From Patescibacteria group bacterium (lineage in GTDB: Bacteria > Patescibacteriota > Minisyncoccia > Phycocordibacterales > JBHPGB01): a DNA stretch of 64,000 nucleotides. Both the position numbers and the translations under genes were made by a program. The notes beneath the pieces were generated by a model that was given only the letters and a program-made list of their open reading frames with translations, did no database searches and was not told the DNA's origin. The stretch is taken from contig JBHPGB010000003.1 in assembly GCA_042571085.1 (NCBI GenBank), positions 6,261 to 70,260 of the forward strand, read 5' to 3'. Below are positions 62,952 to 64,000 of the stretch, one piece after another. Position 1 is the stretch's first letter; every line of letters starts with the position of its first letter.

Positions 62952-63995
62952 TTATGCTTGTTGGTCTGCATTCACTTTATTCAAATAAAACCCCTGTGAA
63001 ATTTTGTTTACTGCTATTGGTGTGATTATTGTTGTTACGATACTTAAAATAATTACTGCTGTGAGTAAAGAATCATCCACAATACCTATCTCAAAACCTG
63101 CAAAAATAGCAGCCAGAGTTGTTGAAAGCTGCGGTGTTAGTGCCATTCCAATTAGAAAACTGCTTCTTCTTTTAAATTTACAAATTCTTCCAGATATATA
63201 TCCTGTGAGAAGTTTCGTTATAAGTAGACCTGCGATTATTAAAGCAGTGATTGCGAGTGCCCCATGTGCTGTACCAAGTATTTCCATATTCATGCTTGCG
63301 CCTGCAATAATGAAAAAGGTTGGTATAAAAATTCCATAAGAAATTGCGTGCAACTTCTCTTTTATAATATCGCTTTTAATTGAGTCGGATAATACGAATC
63401 CTGCAAAGAACCCAGCAATAATTGCGTGTAGACCAAGTAATTCAAAAAGAATTACTGTACCCAGCATTACTGTAAAAATCAGCCGTGATTCTCTTTCAAA
63501 TACATCTCCTCTGTTTGATAAGTGCCGCAGAAATGTGTGCACCCATGGAATCATTTTTCGTAAAATTATAAGCGAAGCAAGTAGTAGTGCATAAAAAATC
63601 GGTAGTGGCAGCTCCGTGATTGGATTTATTGTTTGCAAGACGATTGACAAAAGAAGCAAGCTCAAAACATCTGTCACAAGAGCTGTTCCAATAATTGTTT
63701 TGCCAACATGGGTTGATAATAGATTATTTGCTGTTAGAGAAGGTATTACAACAGCCACCGAAGAAGAGATAAATATGATTCCCAGCAAAATGGCTGTCAT
63801 CATTTCATATTGGAAATAGTATGCGATACCAAATCCAATTGCAAAAGAAGCGACGGAGATTGTTGTGGCAATGATAGCAACTTTGAATCGTATCCCCTCC
63901 CATTTTGAGAGTTTTGTCTCAAGACCAGCCATAAACATCAAGAAAACAAGGCCTATTTCTCCTATAAAACGAATTGGCTCTGTGGTTGTGATCAA
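62952..63995 (-). CDS. Cation:proton antiporter (CPA family, Kef/NhaP-like); N-terminus probably continues beyond the window end
   Basis: 347 aa seen; multiple TM; Na+/H+ exchanger-like helices. Confidence 0.65.
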   Translation of the reverse strand: MITTTEPIRFIGEIGLVFLMFMAGLETKLSKWEGIRFKVAIIATTISVASFAIGFGIAYYFQYEMMTAILLGIIFISSSVAVVIPSLTANNLLSTHVGKTIIGTALVTDVLSLLLLSIVLQTINPITELPLPIFYALLLASLIILRKMIPWVHTFLRHLSNRGDVFERESRLIFTVMLGTVILFELLGLHAIIAGFFAGFVLSDSIKSDIIKEKLHAISYGIFIPTFFIIAGASMNMEILGTAHGALAITALIIAGLLITKLLTGYISGRICKFKRRSSFLIGMALTPQLSTTLAAIFAGFEIGIVDDSLLTAVIILSIVTTIITPIAVNKISQGFYLNKVNADQQA

Positions 63996-64000
63996 ATCTG

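Noticed and set aside
1-64000. Alternative genetic code (UGA as Gly, as in SR1/Gracilibacteria)
   Set aside because: Conserved genes (lysS, leuS, dnaB, murG and others) have normal full lengths with standard stops. No in-frame TGA is needed.

Overview
The window is a 64-kb chromosomal segment from an AT-rich bacterium (roughly 35-40% GC by eye). It uses the standard genetic code: I saw no in-frame TGA in conserved genes.

Genes are compact, and most lack a Shine-Dalgarno sequence. The cell-division/cell-wall (dcw) cluster is split into two loci: mraZ-rsmH-ftsL-ftsI-murF on the plus strand, and mraY-ftsW-murG on the minus strand. There are many small hypothetical membrane proteins. Taken together this looks like a reduced-genome lineage such as Patescibacteria/CPR, but that is inference only.

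About 70 protein genes are supported, most of them housekeeping:
- aminoacyl-tRNA synthetases lysS, cysS, gltX and leuS;
- greA, recR, dnaB, rplI, rpmA and rplU;
- truB, mnmA, ychF, engB and pyk;
- scpA and scpB;
- cell-wall enzymes: PBP2, FtsI, MurF, MraY, FtsW, MurG, an S11 DD-carboxypeptidase, a VanY-like M15 peptidase, an M23 peptidase, MltG and an SLT-like lytic transglycosylase;
- transporters: a P-type ATPase, CorA, a CaCA exchanger, a CPA antiporter, a BASS-like protein and a SemiSWEET;
- two Cas4-like Fe-S PD-(D/E)XK nucleases, an SF1B helicase and two DnaQ-like exonucleases;
- a stand-alone GGDEF diguanylate cyclase;
- one tRNA-Glu(CUC) and many intrinsic-terminator hairpins.

The most unusual content is non-coding:
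1. A family of five 100-170 bp elements has 13-16 bp perfect terminal inverted repeats (TCCCGTTAGAGAT) and a 4-bp TGAA target duplication. Every copy sits exactly at the start codon of a gene and rebuilds the ATG from its own terminal A plus the duplicated TGAA. Two copies carry an identical nested GC-clamped hairpin module. This looks like a MITE-like element, possibly one that supplies a promoter.
2. A second repeat family of about 175-315 bp has an invariant 42-nt head. Its three loci bracket the helicase-engB-pyk block.
3. A roughly 190-nt GC-rich (about 60% GC) terminator-ended transcript candidate lies on the minus strand just upstream of rplU.
4. There are several families of palindromic hairpins (GGCTCAAC..GTTGAGCC, and CCCGCC..GGCGGG arms with variable cores).
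5. A consensus promoter drives a terminated leader upstream of ctpA.
6. A GC-atypical (about 50% GC) pair of orphan genes lies next to a VanY gene and the tRNA.

No CRISPR array, rRNA or classical IS transposase was seen.

Coordinates of small non-coding features are hand-counted and may be off by 1-2 nt.
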